Source of the DNA: an uncultured virus (IMG/VR IMGVR_UViG_2690315711_000004)
Taxonomy: Duplodnaviria; Heunggongvirae; Uroviricota; Caudoviricetes
IMG/VR virus record: IMGVR_UViG_2690315711_000004
DNA length: 64,000 nt
Strand: one strand, 5' to 3'
In this document: piece after piece, positions 8,865 to 17,768 of the stretch
How positions within the stretch are numbered: position 1 is the first letter of the stretch
Layout of the letters: every line of letters starts with the position of its first letter
Program-made: the position numbers and the translations under genes
The notes under the pieces: generated by a model
What the model was told of the DNA's origin: nothing
The model's input: the letters and a program-made list of their open reading frames with translations, nothing else
Database searches by the model: none

Positions 8865-8944
8865 TGCTAACTAAATACATTTTGTTCGTTGGTTTTTGGT
8901 TTGTAGTGACATTATTGATTGGGTTATGGGGTACTTATGCCTGA
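8864..8944 (+). CDS. 26-aa hydrophobic microprotein MLTKYILFVGFWFVVTLLIGLWGTYA
   Basis: TAATG coupling to upstream stop; copy at 62692-62772 differs at 8 codons, 7 of them synonymous. Confidence 0.75.
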   Translation: MLTKYILFVGFWFVVTLLIGLWGTYA

Positions 8945-9017
8945 GTTGATGTTAATGGATATTGTGAAGGAGAGAATAATCTGCCCATTTAATCACGTGA
9001 TGTACGGTCACGAGTAA
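8937..9017 (+). pseudogene. Internally deleted rusA remnant
   Basis: Encodes MPELML...FNHVMYGHE, matching the N- and C-termini of the intact RusA at 62765-63148. Confidence 0.8.
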
Positions 9018-9020
9018 AAC

Positions 9021-9743
9021 GTGGAGAGAAATAGCATGATGCAAAAAATAATGGAAGTTTCAGTATTACCCATAATGAATCGTGAATTAACTATGTCGAG
9101 TCGAGAGATTGCCAGTTTAACGGGAAGTAATCATTCCGATGTTAAGCGTTCTGCCGATAGGCTTTTTGTTGCTCAAATTTTAACCCAGCCATTGGCTGAG
9201 TTCCCTTTTGAACATAACGGCAATCAATATACTGAATATCGTTTTAATAAAAGAGACTCTCTGGTGTTGGTAGCTCGATTGTCACCTCAGTTCACAGCAA
9301 AAATAGTTGATCGCTGGCAGGAATTAGAATCAAAAATGCAGCCAGTCATTCCTCAAACATTACCAGAAGCATTGCGATTAGCAGCAGACTTAGCAGAAGA
9401 AAAACAAAAATTGGAAAGTGAACTGGCGATTGCGACACCTAAGGCTCAGTTTGTTGATAATTATGTTTTATCCCATGGTTCTATGACATTTCGACAAGTG
9501 TGTAAATTACTGCAGGCGAAAGAAACCGATTTTCGTTGTTTTTTAATTGATAAGAAAATTATGTATCGCTTGAATAATACGTTTACGCCTTATCAAACTC
9601 ATGTCGATCTTGGTCGCTTTGAGATAAAAACGGGAACGAACAAAAAAAATAACCACGCTTTTGCACAATCAAGGTTTACTACTAAAGGTGTGAAGTGGAT
9701 TGCAGGGTTATGGGCTGAATATAAAGTTGAGGATGAGATTTAA
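9021..9743 (+). CDS. Rha/KilA-C antirepressor-like protein
   Basis: TMSSREIA N-terminus, PQTLPEALRLAADLAEE, KilA-C-like FTTKGVKWI. Confidence 0.85.
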   Translation: MERNSMMQKIMEVSVLPIMNRELTMSSREIASLTGSNHSDVKRSADRLFVAQILTQPLAEFPFEHNGNQYTEYRFNKRDSLVLVARLSPQFTAKIVDRWQELESKMQPVIPQTLPEALRLAADLAEEKQKLESELAIATPKAQFVDNYVLSHGSMTFRQVCKLLQAKETDFRCFLIDKKIMYRLNNTFTPYQTHVDLGRFEIKTGTNKKNNHAFAQSRFTTKGVKWIAGLWAEYKVEDEI

Positions 9744-10768
9744 TGAAACTACTCTTAACGCCCTATATTCAGTCTGACCTTGGCGTTGTTTTATTGAAGC
9801 CTGGAGCGGAGTTGCTTAAGCAATTTAAACCACATTCGCGCGTGATTATTAGCGATGTACCAAAAAGTTTAGATAAATGGCCTTCTGGGGCATTAACAGG
9901 AAATGAACAGCCATTATTGGATAACAAGGGCATTGTTGATTTTTTGAATAATAAAAAAGTTCTCCAAGCTATGGGAGGATTGTCATCGATGAATATGTGG
10001 ATAGGCAGAAATATCCATTGTTGTCAGATTAACGATAAGCATGACAGTTATCATCATCATGAATTAACAACCACATGGCATAAAGACGGTGTGATACGGA
10101 CTTGTTGGTACCATGATAATCATATTCGCCATTCATCAGCTGAATGGGTTGCTGAATTGGCTCATAAAAATCGTATTGCTTGGATGGTAGATACTATTCG
10201 TAGTCGTTTGAGATTAGATGATAGCCATTCGCTGACGATACCTGATTTTTTTGCTTTTGCCGTGATGCATAAACTGGTTGATAAATTACCTGATGCTATA
10301 TTGCGCCGTATCTTAAATTGGCCTGATAAAACTAAAGATCGTAGAGTGCATGGCGGTTTTCCTGAAGCTGATATTGTTCCAAATGAAGTGACAGCACTAT
10401 CAGCAATGAATGCGCGTTTAGATGCTATAAAACCCGTTATTAATGTGACTGTCGATCCTGAACCTCCAGCCTCATTTCTTCTTAAACCTAAAATGTGCCG
10501 TTGGGAGAATACCCAATGGCTTCAATGGGTAAAAACACAGCCATGTTGTGTTTGCGGACAACAAGCTGATGATCCACATCATATCATCGGCCATGGTATG
10601 GGAGGCATGGGAACGAAAGCTCATGACTTATTCACTATTCCATTATGTCGTCAACATCATGATGAATTGCATCATGATCCGAAATTGTGGGAAGCCACTT
10701 ATGGCAATCAAATCGAATTGTTATTTTCTTTTTTAAACCGTTCATTAGGAATGGGGGCATTGGTTTAA
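9743..10768 (+). CDS. DUF968 (YdfU-like) protein with C-terminal HNH-like zinc motif
   Basis: PCCVCG..ADDPHH..GMGTKAHD..IPLCRQHH. Confidence 0.85.
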   Translation: MKLLLTPYIQSDLGVVLLKPGAELLKQFKPHSRVIISDVPKSLDKWPSGALTGNEQPLLDNKGIVDFLNNKKVLQAMGGLSSMNMWIGRNIHCCQINDKHDSYHHHELTTTWHKDGVIRTCWYHDNHIRHSSAEWVAELAHKNRIAWMVDTIRSRLRLDDSHSLTIPDFFAFAVMHKLVDKLPDAILRRILNWPDKTKDRRVHGGFPEADIVPNEVTALSAMNARLDAIKPVINVTVDPEPPASFLLKPKMCRWENTQWLQWVKTQPCCVCGQQADDPHHIIGHGMGGMGTKAHDLFTIPLCRQHHDELHHDPKLWEATYGNQIELLFSFLNRSLGMGALV

Positions 10769-10795
10769 CGTGTATACGGCACGGGGAGTATTAGT

Positions 10796-11194
10796 ATGAG
10801 AGATATGCAGGAAGTTTTATCACGTTGGGGGGCGTGGTCAGCTAATGAGGGAAATAGTATCGATTACTCATCAATTGCCGCAGGTTTTAAAGGATTAATT
10901 CCAAGTTCAAGACGAAGCCGAGAGCAATGTTCTGATGATGATGGCTTAAAAATAAATAAAGCGGTATTACATTTAAAGGTAAATAATAGTTACTTGTTTC
11001 AGTTGGTTATTATGTACTATGTGAAGAATTATCCTTTACGCTCAATGGCTTCAAAACTTGGCATTTCTCATAATGAAGTGGCTAAGCGATTGCAGACAGC
11101 AGAAGGATTTATTGAGGGGTGTCTATCGGTTGATAACGTAAAATTAGATATGGATAAAATAATTAGAAAACACAGCATTTATAGTCTTGTGTAA
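10796..11194 (+). CDS. Late antiterminator Q
   Basis: MRDMQ.VL.RWGAW, CSDDDGL, AEGFIEGCL; upstream of lysis region. Confidence 0.9.
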   Translation: MRDMQEVLSRWGAWSANEGNSIDYSSIAAGFKGLIPSSRRSREQCSDDDGLKINKAVLHLKVNNSYLFQLVIMYYVKNYPLRSMASKLGISHNEVAKRLQTAEGFIEGCLSVDNVKLDMDKIIRKHSIYSLV

Positions 11195-11327
11195 TTACAA
11201 AACACAATATATTGTGTTAATAATGATTTTGATGTTACATGATTTATCTATTAAAAACCTCGTGAGTATAGCGGGGTTGTGTTTTTTATAGGTCTACTTA
11301 AGCTGACTTACCGCTAAAAAATAAAGT

Positions 11328-11534
11328 TTGCTATCTGCATTTTTCTATGGCTTAATAGCGTCACTGGTTTGGAAGTACAGACCTATTTATGTTAGTCAGT
11401 TTAAAGTTGTTCCCGTTTAGCGTTATCCTCGATACCTCTTCATTGTGAATTCCTTCTAATTAATTCCCATAAGTAAAAATACAAAACAAACCGCCTATGC
11501 CTTATGGCAAATTAAATAAATTAAAGGAAATTCT
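11328..11534 (+). promoter_or_regulatory. cspA-type promoter and long 5' UTR with cold-box-like sequence
   Basis: TTGCTA-17-CTTAAT (11328-11356), then GGTTTGGAAGTACAGACC similar to the cspA cold box; ~170-nt leader. Confidence 0.7.
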
Positions 11535-11747
11535 ATGTCTAATACAATGACTGGTACAGTAAAATGGTTTAACGATGATAAAGGTTTTGGTTTCATCACT
11601 CCTAAAGATGGAAGTAAAGATGTATTTGTACATTACTCTGCAATTCAGAGTGATGACTTCAAATCTCTGATGGAAGGCCAAGAAGTTTCATTTACCATGG
11701 AAAATGGTATGAAAGGCCCAGCAGCAGGCAACGTGGTGGCTCTCTAA
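11535..11747 (+). CDS. Cold-shock protein, CspA family
   Basis: [15 protein letters not shown] (RNP1), VFVHYSAI (RNP2). Confidence 0.97.
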   Translation: MSNTMTGTVKWFNDDKGFGFITPKDGSKDVFVHYSAIQSDDFKSLMEGQEVSFTMENGMKGPAAGNVVAL

Positions 11748-11916
11748 AGGCGCTATTACTATTCGCCTCTATTTTAAATGCCCTTGTTGTAGCGGTTCAC
11801 AATATAGAACATCACAATTTGATGTCACAGTGAACAATCCACACGGCGCAAAATGTATCTTTTGCAAAAGTGTGATGACAGCACAAATGAGTTAAGCATT
11901 AAATAGTTGAATATAC

Positions 11917-11943
11917 AAAACCTCGCTTCGGCGGGGTTTTTTG
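11917..11943 (+). terminator. Intrinsic terminator
   Basis: AAAACCTCGC-TTCG-GCGGGGTTTTTT. Confidence 0.8.
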
Positions 11944-12291
11944 CTATCTACGATCTCATATTGGTTAAAGATAAAAAATTTAGATTTTGGGGCTTTAAAT
12001 TGTATAGGGAGGCATAGATAAAACATAACTAGACTTGCCTGCTTAGTTTGAACTCACAACGAAATGCATACTTTTTCCTCATAGGAAATACTGTAAGACC
12101 GAAAATAAAAGAGGTGTTTTGCTGATATTCTTACTATCAGTTATGCCCAAGATATAAAATCTCTCAGCTTATATTGCTATTAATAAATTTTTCAAGAAAA
12201 TTAAAAAGTTATATATTATGACAGAACCTTCATTAATCTCATATCCAATCGAGTACACTATATGTACATACAATTGAAAGGATAAGGATTT

Positions 12292-14493
12292 ATGGCCATA
12301 CTCACTCTCCGAAATGTTAAAAGCTATTCTGCTGATAAAGATGTAAATATAGATCTAAGTAAGCCTGTTACCCTCATTTATGGACAAAATGGTGCAGGAA
12401 AATCAACAATTTCAAGTTTTTTTTCAGGTTTTCAACAAGAAAAATACCAGCATTGTCATTTTGCAAGTCGTGAAAATTTTGCTTATTTTGTATTTAATCA
12501 GGAATATATAGAACAGAAGTTTCACCAAGAAATATATCAACCTGGTATTTTTACATTGAATGAGAAGAATGATGACGTTAACGGTAAAATTGAAAGTAAT
12601 AAGAGAAGAATTACTGAAATAAACAACTTACTAAACACTTTGGATACAGAGATAAAAAATAAAAATGATGCAAAGTCTACTGTTATCGAAAAGTACTCTA
12701 AAGTTATTTTTAAAAAAACTATCAATGATCGGCAATCGTTAGATTATTTTCTAGATAGAGCTAAACGAGTAAATAATTTTTATCAAAAAATGAGGGAAAC
12801 TTCATTAGGAATTCAAAAATATGAGCTGGTACAACTTACAGAGAGACTGGAGTTGTTACTTAATAGTGAAGGAACTCAATATACAGAGATTATTGAACCA
12901 GAGGTTTATGGCCTATCTGACGAAATGCTGACTCTACTTCAAAGTTCGTTGACAGCATCGTCCGATACACCATTTTCAGCCATTATTCAGCAGTTAGGTA
13001 ACGCTGATTGGGTTCATAGTGGAACAGGTTATATTAAAGATAATATTTGTCCATTTTGCCAACAAAAATTTGATTCTCAGCATCTTCTTCATGAATTGAC
13101 ACTCATGTTTGATAAATCTTATGAAGATGCTCTGGCAACGCTTACCCACAGTCAGACAGTCATTTCCCATGAATTAGACTTATTGGAGTCATTCCATGAG
13201 CATTTACGACAACACCCTGTAGTTAGTGATGATCACCAAGTTTTTAGTATTATTAAATCTCTGCAACAAACTTTACGTAATAATCTACAATCACTCAGAC
13301 AAAAGCTACTACAGCCTTCGCAATCCATACAACCTGACGTTATTACAGATATACGTCAGCATTTGAACCAGATACTGGTAACTTTAAATAGTAACATTAG
13401 AGACAATAATCAGTTGGCAGCCAATTTTAGTCAGGAGCGAGCTCGCTTGGCGGCAGATTCCTTTGCATATCTTAGAGAAGTGAGTGATCCTTATTTGCGT
13501 CAATGTGATCAGGAATTAGCAGAAATACAACAACAATTGCAAGCTGAGATAAATCAAGTTGATTTATTGAGAGATGAAGAGCGAGCACTTTCGGTCGAAA
13601 CTACTCATCTTATAGGGCAATTATCAGTTATACAGCCTACAATTGATAACATTAATTATAATCTGACACAATTAGGGATCAATGATTTCAATATTATTTG
13701 TCATGATGAGAGCTTGAAACTATATCGCTTACATAGACAAAACCAGCCAGATGATTCTGAGGTCTTTAAATCTTTGAGTGAAGGCGAAAAAACAATCATA
13801 TCTCTTCTCTATTTCCTAGAATCATGCATTGGTCACGTACCTGATAGCCAGACAATACAACCTAAACTGATTGTTATTGACGATCCTATTTCCAGCCTGT
13901 CACATAACTATATTTATGAAGTTGCTTCGATGATAAAACATAAATTAATTTTACCGAAGATTGCGCAACACATTGTTATATTGACGCATAATATATTTTT
14001 CTTTCAAGAGATTCTACTTTCAGTTTATAAACGATTGGCTCCCGAACGTACAACACCAAAGGGGTGTGCACTTTATCGCATCATTAAAGGAGAATATAGT
14101 GATTGTATCCCATTATCGATGCACGACATGCTGAATGAGTATCAGGCTTTATGGCAAACCATACGGGATGTCCGCGATGGAAGAAGTTTACCGGTAGTAT
14201 TACCTAATACAATGCGAAATATTCTTGAGTACTATTTCAGTTTTTCTTGCAAACAGGAAAAACTGGATAAAGCGCTAAATAAGCTAGCAGTTGAATATTC
14301 AGCAGGGGAATATGACTCATTTTATCGAGCAATTAACCGTCATTCCCATTCTGATGGCAGAAATATCATGGCTACAGGAGTGATTAATGTAGAAATGTAT
14401 TTCCGTTTATTTCAGAAAATTTTTGAAGAAACGAAGGATTCTGATCATTACAACACGATGATGGGGATTACTGTTGAGCAAACAGAAGGTTGA
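12292..14493 (+). CDS. rloC: RloC-like Rad50/ABC ATPase with zinc hook and C-terminal HEPN-like nuclease domain
   Basis: Walker A GQNGAGKS, CPFC hook inside coiled coil, LSEGE signature, IDDPISSL Walker B, LTHN, then RNILE and RAINRHSH. Confidence 0.78.
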   Translation: MAILTLRNVKSYSADKDVNIDLSKPVTLIYGQNGAGKSTISSFFSGFQQEKYQHCHFASRENFAYFVFNQEYIEQKFHQEIYQPGIFTLNEKNDDVNGKIESNKRRITEINNLLNTLDTEIKNKNDAKSTVIEKYSKVIFKKTINDRQSLDYFLDRAKRVNNFYQKMRETSLGIQKYELVQLTERLELLLNSEGTQYTEIIEPEVYGLSDEMLTLLQSSLTASSDTPFSAIIQQLGNADWVHSGTGYIKDNICPFCQQKFDSQHLLHELTLMFDKSYEDALATLTHSQTVISHELDLLESFHEHLRQHPVVSDDHQVFSIIKSLQQTLRNNLQSLRQKLLQPSQSIQPDVITDIRQHLNQILVTLNSNIRDNNQLAANFSQERARLAADSFAYLREVSDPYLRQCDQELAEIQQQLQAEINQVDLLRDEERALSVETTHLIGQLSVIQPTIDNINYNLTQLGINDFNIICHDESLKLYRLHRQNQPDDSEVFKSLSEGEKTIISLLYFLESCIGHVPDSQTIQPKLIVIDDPISSLSHNYIYEVASMIKHKLILPKIAQHIVILTHNIFFFQEILLSVYKRLAPERTTPKGCALYRIIKGEYSDCIPLSMHDMLNEYQALWQTIRDVRDGRSLPVVLPNTMRNILEYYFSFSCKQEKLDKALNKLAVEYSAGEYDSFYRAINRHSHSDGRNIMATGVINVEMYFRLFQKIFEETKDSDHYNTMMGITVEQTEG

Positions 14494-14971
14494 TGAAATT
14501 ATCACCTGCGGGCACCACACACTCAACGGATCGGGAGCGAGCGCATATGCTTACGCACATGTTCTACGCGCCCGAAACGAAAACGAGTGTACCAACGAAC
14601 TGGTACGATTTTCGGTCTCATAGGGCTATCCTTTTACAAACCGACTACTGCCGGAAGTCCCTGTACCCATTACAGGCATGCAATGATATAGAGAGGATTA
14701 CCCGAGGTGATAACCCCTTAATAATACACAGTTCCATAAAATAAACCACCTTTCTTTGAATAATGTAGTCATTCTATGTCTTCGTAGTGTTATACATAGT
14801 TGTAATTGTAGTTGTCCTCAGAATGAAGGGTTGAAGTCAGTAGAATGGCCTAAAGTTATTCATCAAAAGATAGTATGCTCAGGTTGTCCTTGTTGAACTA
14901 AATACAGTTTTAAATAGTTTTATCTTAATTCATTAATTTAATTGATATAAAAGATATATAATACAAACAAT

Positions 14972-15078
14972 AAAAAAATGCCGATACGCTAGGAGTCATA
15001 TCGGCATATAAAATAAACGCAAGAAGCAATGTAAGTCATGTCGTACTAATCCGTATCAAACCTGTCAATTTGATATAC
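14972..15078 (-). ncRNA. Candidate Fur-repressed RyhB-like sRNA, copy 1
   Basis: Minus-strand ACGACATGACTTACATTGCTTC (19/22 to the recalled E. coli RyhB core), 5' hairpin, terminator 14972-15007, promoter under a Fur box. Confidence 0.72.
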
Positions 15079-15081
15079 CTG

Positions 15082-15112
15082 TAATGATAATTATTATCAT
15101 TAATATATTCAA
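15082..15112 (-). promoter_or_regulatory. Fur box overlapping a sigma70 promoter
   Basis: Perfect palindrome TAATGATAAT-T-ATTATCATTA 15082-15102; TTGAAT-17-TATCAT on the minus strand. Confidence 0.85.
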
Positions 15113-15405
15113 CCCTAAATTAAATAAGGTTACTTTGTAGCCTTTTCATTTACGCCGACCACAGAATCAACATCCACTTATATCATTCACACAAGAGCTG
15201 TGAGTCGGCATCTTATTGATTAAATTTTTCGTTAATTTAGTTGAGTTTTACTTTAAGAGAGTTAGGTATGGAGTATTTACTTTGAAGAAGGAAATGAAAA
15301 TCTCAATGTGTAATGATAAGTCTCTTAAATAATAGACCCCAATTATTTTTGGGGTCATATATTGAGATTATTGAATTAATATCCCTGATATTGATTTATT
15401 ACGAA

Positions 15406-15741
15406 TTAATTTTCAGGTGCAATAGCATCCAATACTCGAGCAGAATAAACCATCGCAGCACCAGTATTTAATGCAACAGCAACACCGAGTGCTTCTGCAA
15501 TTTCTTCATGACTAGCACCCAACTTTAAAGCGGTGTCAGCATGTACGGCGATACAACCATCACAGCGTGTTGTGACTGCAACTGCTAATGCGATTAATTC
15601 TCTTGTTTTTGCATCTAAATGATTAGTTTTTTTACCTGCATTGGAAAGTGCTTGGTAGCCAGTAACCGTATCAGGTGTTAATTTTCCTAACTCACCAATA
15701 CGTCCCATTAATTGTTTTCGATATTCATTCCAATTAAGCAT
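15406..15741 (-). CDS. AhpD/carboxymuconolactone decarboxylase family protein
   Basis: LDAKTRELIALAVAVTTRCDGCIAVH with CxxC. Confidence 0.9.
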   Translation of the reverse strand: MLNWNEYRKQLMGRIGELGKLTPDTVTGYQALSNAGKKTNHLDAKTRELIALAVAVTTRCDGCIAVHADTALKLGASHEEIAEALGVAVALNTGAAMVYSARVLDAIAPEN

Positions 15742-15844
15742 GATATTAACCTTATTGAGTTAACTGAATTATTGGTTGACATTATGGGATGAAAAAAAAG
15801 ATGATGACATCATCAAACGAATCAATTTTTAGTGAATTAGTCTC

Positions 15845-16771
15845 ATGGATACGTTGAGCCAACTCTTATACCTTTCTCAAGGGCAATTGCAATTAGATGT
15901 GTTTTGTCAAATGAAAGGACATTTTTCCTTACCGCATGTTTCATCTGTTGAACATGAAACTATTTTTCACTTAGTTCTATCAGGGCAGTGTTATGTTCAA
16001 ATTGAAAAATCAGCCCCTATAGTTTTATCCGAAGGTACTTTTTTAATGTTAAACAGAAGGCAATCACATACCCTTTGGAGTGGAGAACGAGATATAGAAC
16101 CTCCCCCTTTTTTGCATAAAAATAATGGCTTCTTACCTGTTAAGTACACAAAATCTGAAGATCAGACTCAACATGTTGATTTGCTTTGCGGGCGAATGGC
16201 TTATGCTAAAGGAAGCGGGTTACTATTATTAAATGGGTTTCCTGATATGGTAGTGGCAAATTTGGTGGAAATGCCAGGGCTAACAGTATTGAATTTATTT
16301 AGCCAGTTGCTTCGAGAGGAAGCCATTAATGCAAATCAAGGGGCGGCTGCGATACTAAATGGGCTTGCTCAGACTTTATTCGCTTTTGCATTACGTGTTT
16401 ATGGGCAAAAACCAGATATAAACTCAAGTTGGTTAGCATTATTAGCTGAACCTCGGTTAAGTCGTGTATTTAATTCTATGTTAAATGAACCACAAAAAGG
16501 GTGGACACTTGATTCTTTAGCTAATGTCGCTTCAATGTCACGAGCGACTTTTGTGCGTCAATTTAAAGCAACGGCGAATACGACACCTGGCGAAGTTCTA
16601 CAATCCATTCGTATGCTAAAAGCACTTTCATTATTACAACAAAATAAATATACATTATCAGATATCGCAGAAAGAGTCGGATACCAATCTGAAGCTGCAT
16701 TTAGTAAAGCATTTAAAAGTGTATTTAATTGCAGACCAGGGCAGTGGAAGAAGCAACAGAGTAAAGTGTAA
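15845..16771 (+). CDS. AraC-family regulator with cupin sensor, RclR-like
   Basis: MDTLSQLL start, Cys21 and LLCG cysteine positioned like the RclR sensor cysteines; C-terminal AraC double HTH (GYQSEAAFSKAFK). Confidence 0.85.
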   Translation: MDTLSQLLYLSQGQLQLDVFCQMKGHFSLPHVSSVEHETIFHLVLSGQCYVQIEKSAPIVLSEGTFLMLNRRQSHTLWSGERDIEPPPFLHKNNGFLPVKYTKSEDQTQHVDLLCGRMAYAKGSGLLLLNGFPDMVVANLVEMPGLTVLNLFSQLLREEAINANQGAAAILNGLAQTLFAFALRVYGQKPDINSSWLALLAEPRLSRVFNSMLNEPQKGWTLDSLANVASMSRATFVRQFKATANTTPGEVLQSIRMLKALSLLQQNKYTLSDIAERVGYQSEAAFSKAFKSVFNCRPGQWKKQQSKV

Positions 16772-16811
16772 AAATTTGCACAGAGTAAAGAAGAATTATT
16801 ACTTTCTTTTG

Positions 16812-16833
16812 AAGTCACTTCGGTGACTTTTTT
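16812..16833 (+). terminator. Intrinsic terminator
   Basis: AAGTCAC-TTCG-GTGACTTTTTT. Confidence 0.8.
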
Positions 16834-16965
16834 GTTATCTAAAGTAAAAACGAAATTATATTTGCGCTTAAATTAATCGCTGAGTAAGGGAATTGAGAAG
16901 CAGAAGAAGTTCACTATTACTTAAGTGACGGGAATGCTGTTCGAGTTATCATTCCCGATTTGAGT

Positions 16966-17085
16966 AAAAAAAAGCCGACGCGCTAGGAGTCATGTCGGCA
17001 TAAATCTTCGGGAAAAGTGTTAATAACGAGAGCGATCATTAACTATAAAGCAATGTATCAATATCGGAGAAAAAACAGACACGTT
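16966..17085 (-). ncRNA. Candidate Fur-repressed RyhB-like sRNA, copy 2
   Basis: Minus-strand CGATATTGATACATTGCTT seed-like segment; terminator nearly identical to copy 1 (loop CGCTAGGAGTCA on the plus strand). Confidence 0.62.
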
Positions 17086-17089
17086 TAAG

Positions 17090-17118
17090 AATAATAATCA
17101 TTATCATTTAATTGTCAA
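17090..17118 (-). promoter_or_regulatory. Fur box overlapping a sigma70 promoter
   Basis: AATAATAATCATTATCATT 17090-17108 (1 mismatch to AATGATAATCATTATCATT); TTGACA-16-TATTAT on the minus strand. Confidence 0.8.
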
Positions 17119-17178
17119 TTATATGAGGTCACTACAGTGACCTTTTTCTTGTCTAAATATGATATATATCAATAAAAG

Positions 17179-17616
17179 GTGTGTGTTATGTCAAAAGAGA
17201 TAAGCGAATTACAGTTTAGTCTTCACTATGCCTCAGAAACAGACAGTGAAAAGAATACCTCCGCCATTTTAACGGCGAATATCCATACGACTGATGGTGA
17301 AACTCAACAACTGACACAATTAATTTGCACGACATCTTCCGCAGGTAAAAAGCAATATCGAATCGGCTTGCAAAAAATTAGTGATGCTGGTGCTCCATTG
17401 CTGGTGGCGATTGAATCCTATTGGCGTAAAAACACACAAGAGAGTTGTGTTTATTTGTTAGAGAAAGCGAGGCAATTTATTCAGGGACACTTACAACAAA
17501 CGAATACATGGATATCCATGTACGGCCTTGTGATTGTTTCTAATGCGTCACTTGAAGAGCAGTTGCCTGAGGCTTTATTAACATTAATTCATTCAAAATA
17601 TGCTAGTCTTTCTTGA
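17179..17616 (+). CDS. Hypothetical protein (probable start 17188)
   Basis: Long ORF with AGGTG RBS; no recognised motif. Confidence 0.7.
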   Translation: MCVMSKEISELQFSLHYASETDSEKNTSAILTANIHTTDGETQQLTQLICTTSSAGKKQYRIGLQKISDAGAPLLVAIESYWRKNTQESCVYLLEKARQFIQGHLQQTNTWISMYGLVIVSNASLEEQLPEALLTLIHSKYASLS

Positions 17617-17768
17617 ATGTAACTTATTGGTTTAAATTAACTTTATAAGCTATCTAATATATGAGTCTTTTAATGATCGTGATCTTATAATAAAAACATC
17701 TTTAAAGTAAAAAGACTAATAAGTATTATTTTTATATTGATGAGGCTTGAATAACAATAAGAGGCGAT

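Noticed and set aside
1353..9035. Recurrent TGTG(A/G)AGAGA motif before several early genes
   Set aside because: Best explained as a shared ribosome-binding context of lambdoid early genes rather than a new repeat system
14490..14744. 84-aa ORF after the RloC-like gene as an antitoxin or partner
   Set aside because: No recognisable motif and atypical composition; kept only as an unexplained region
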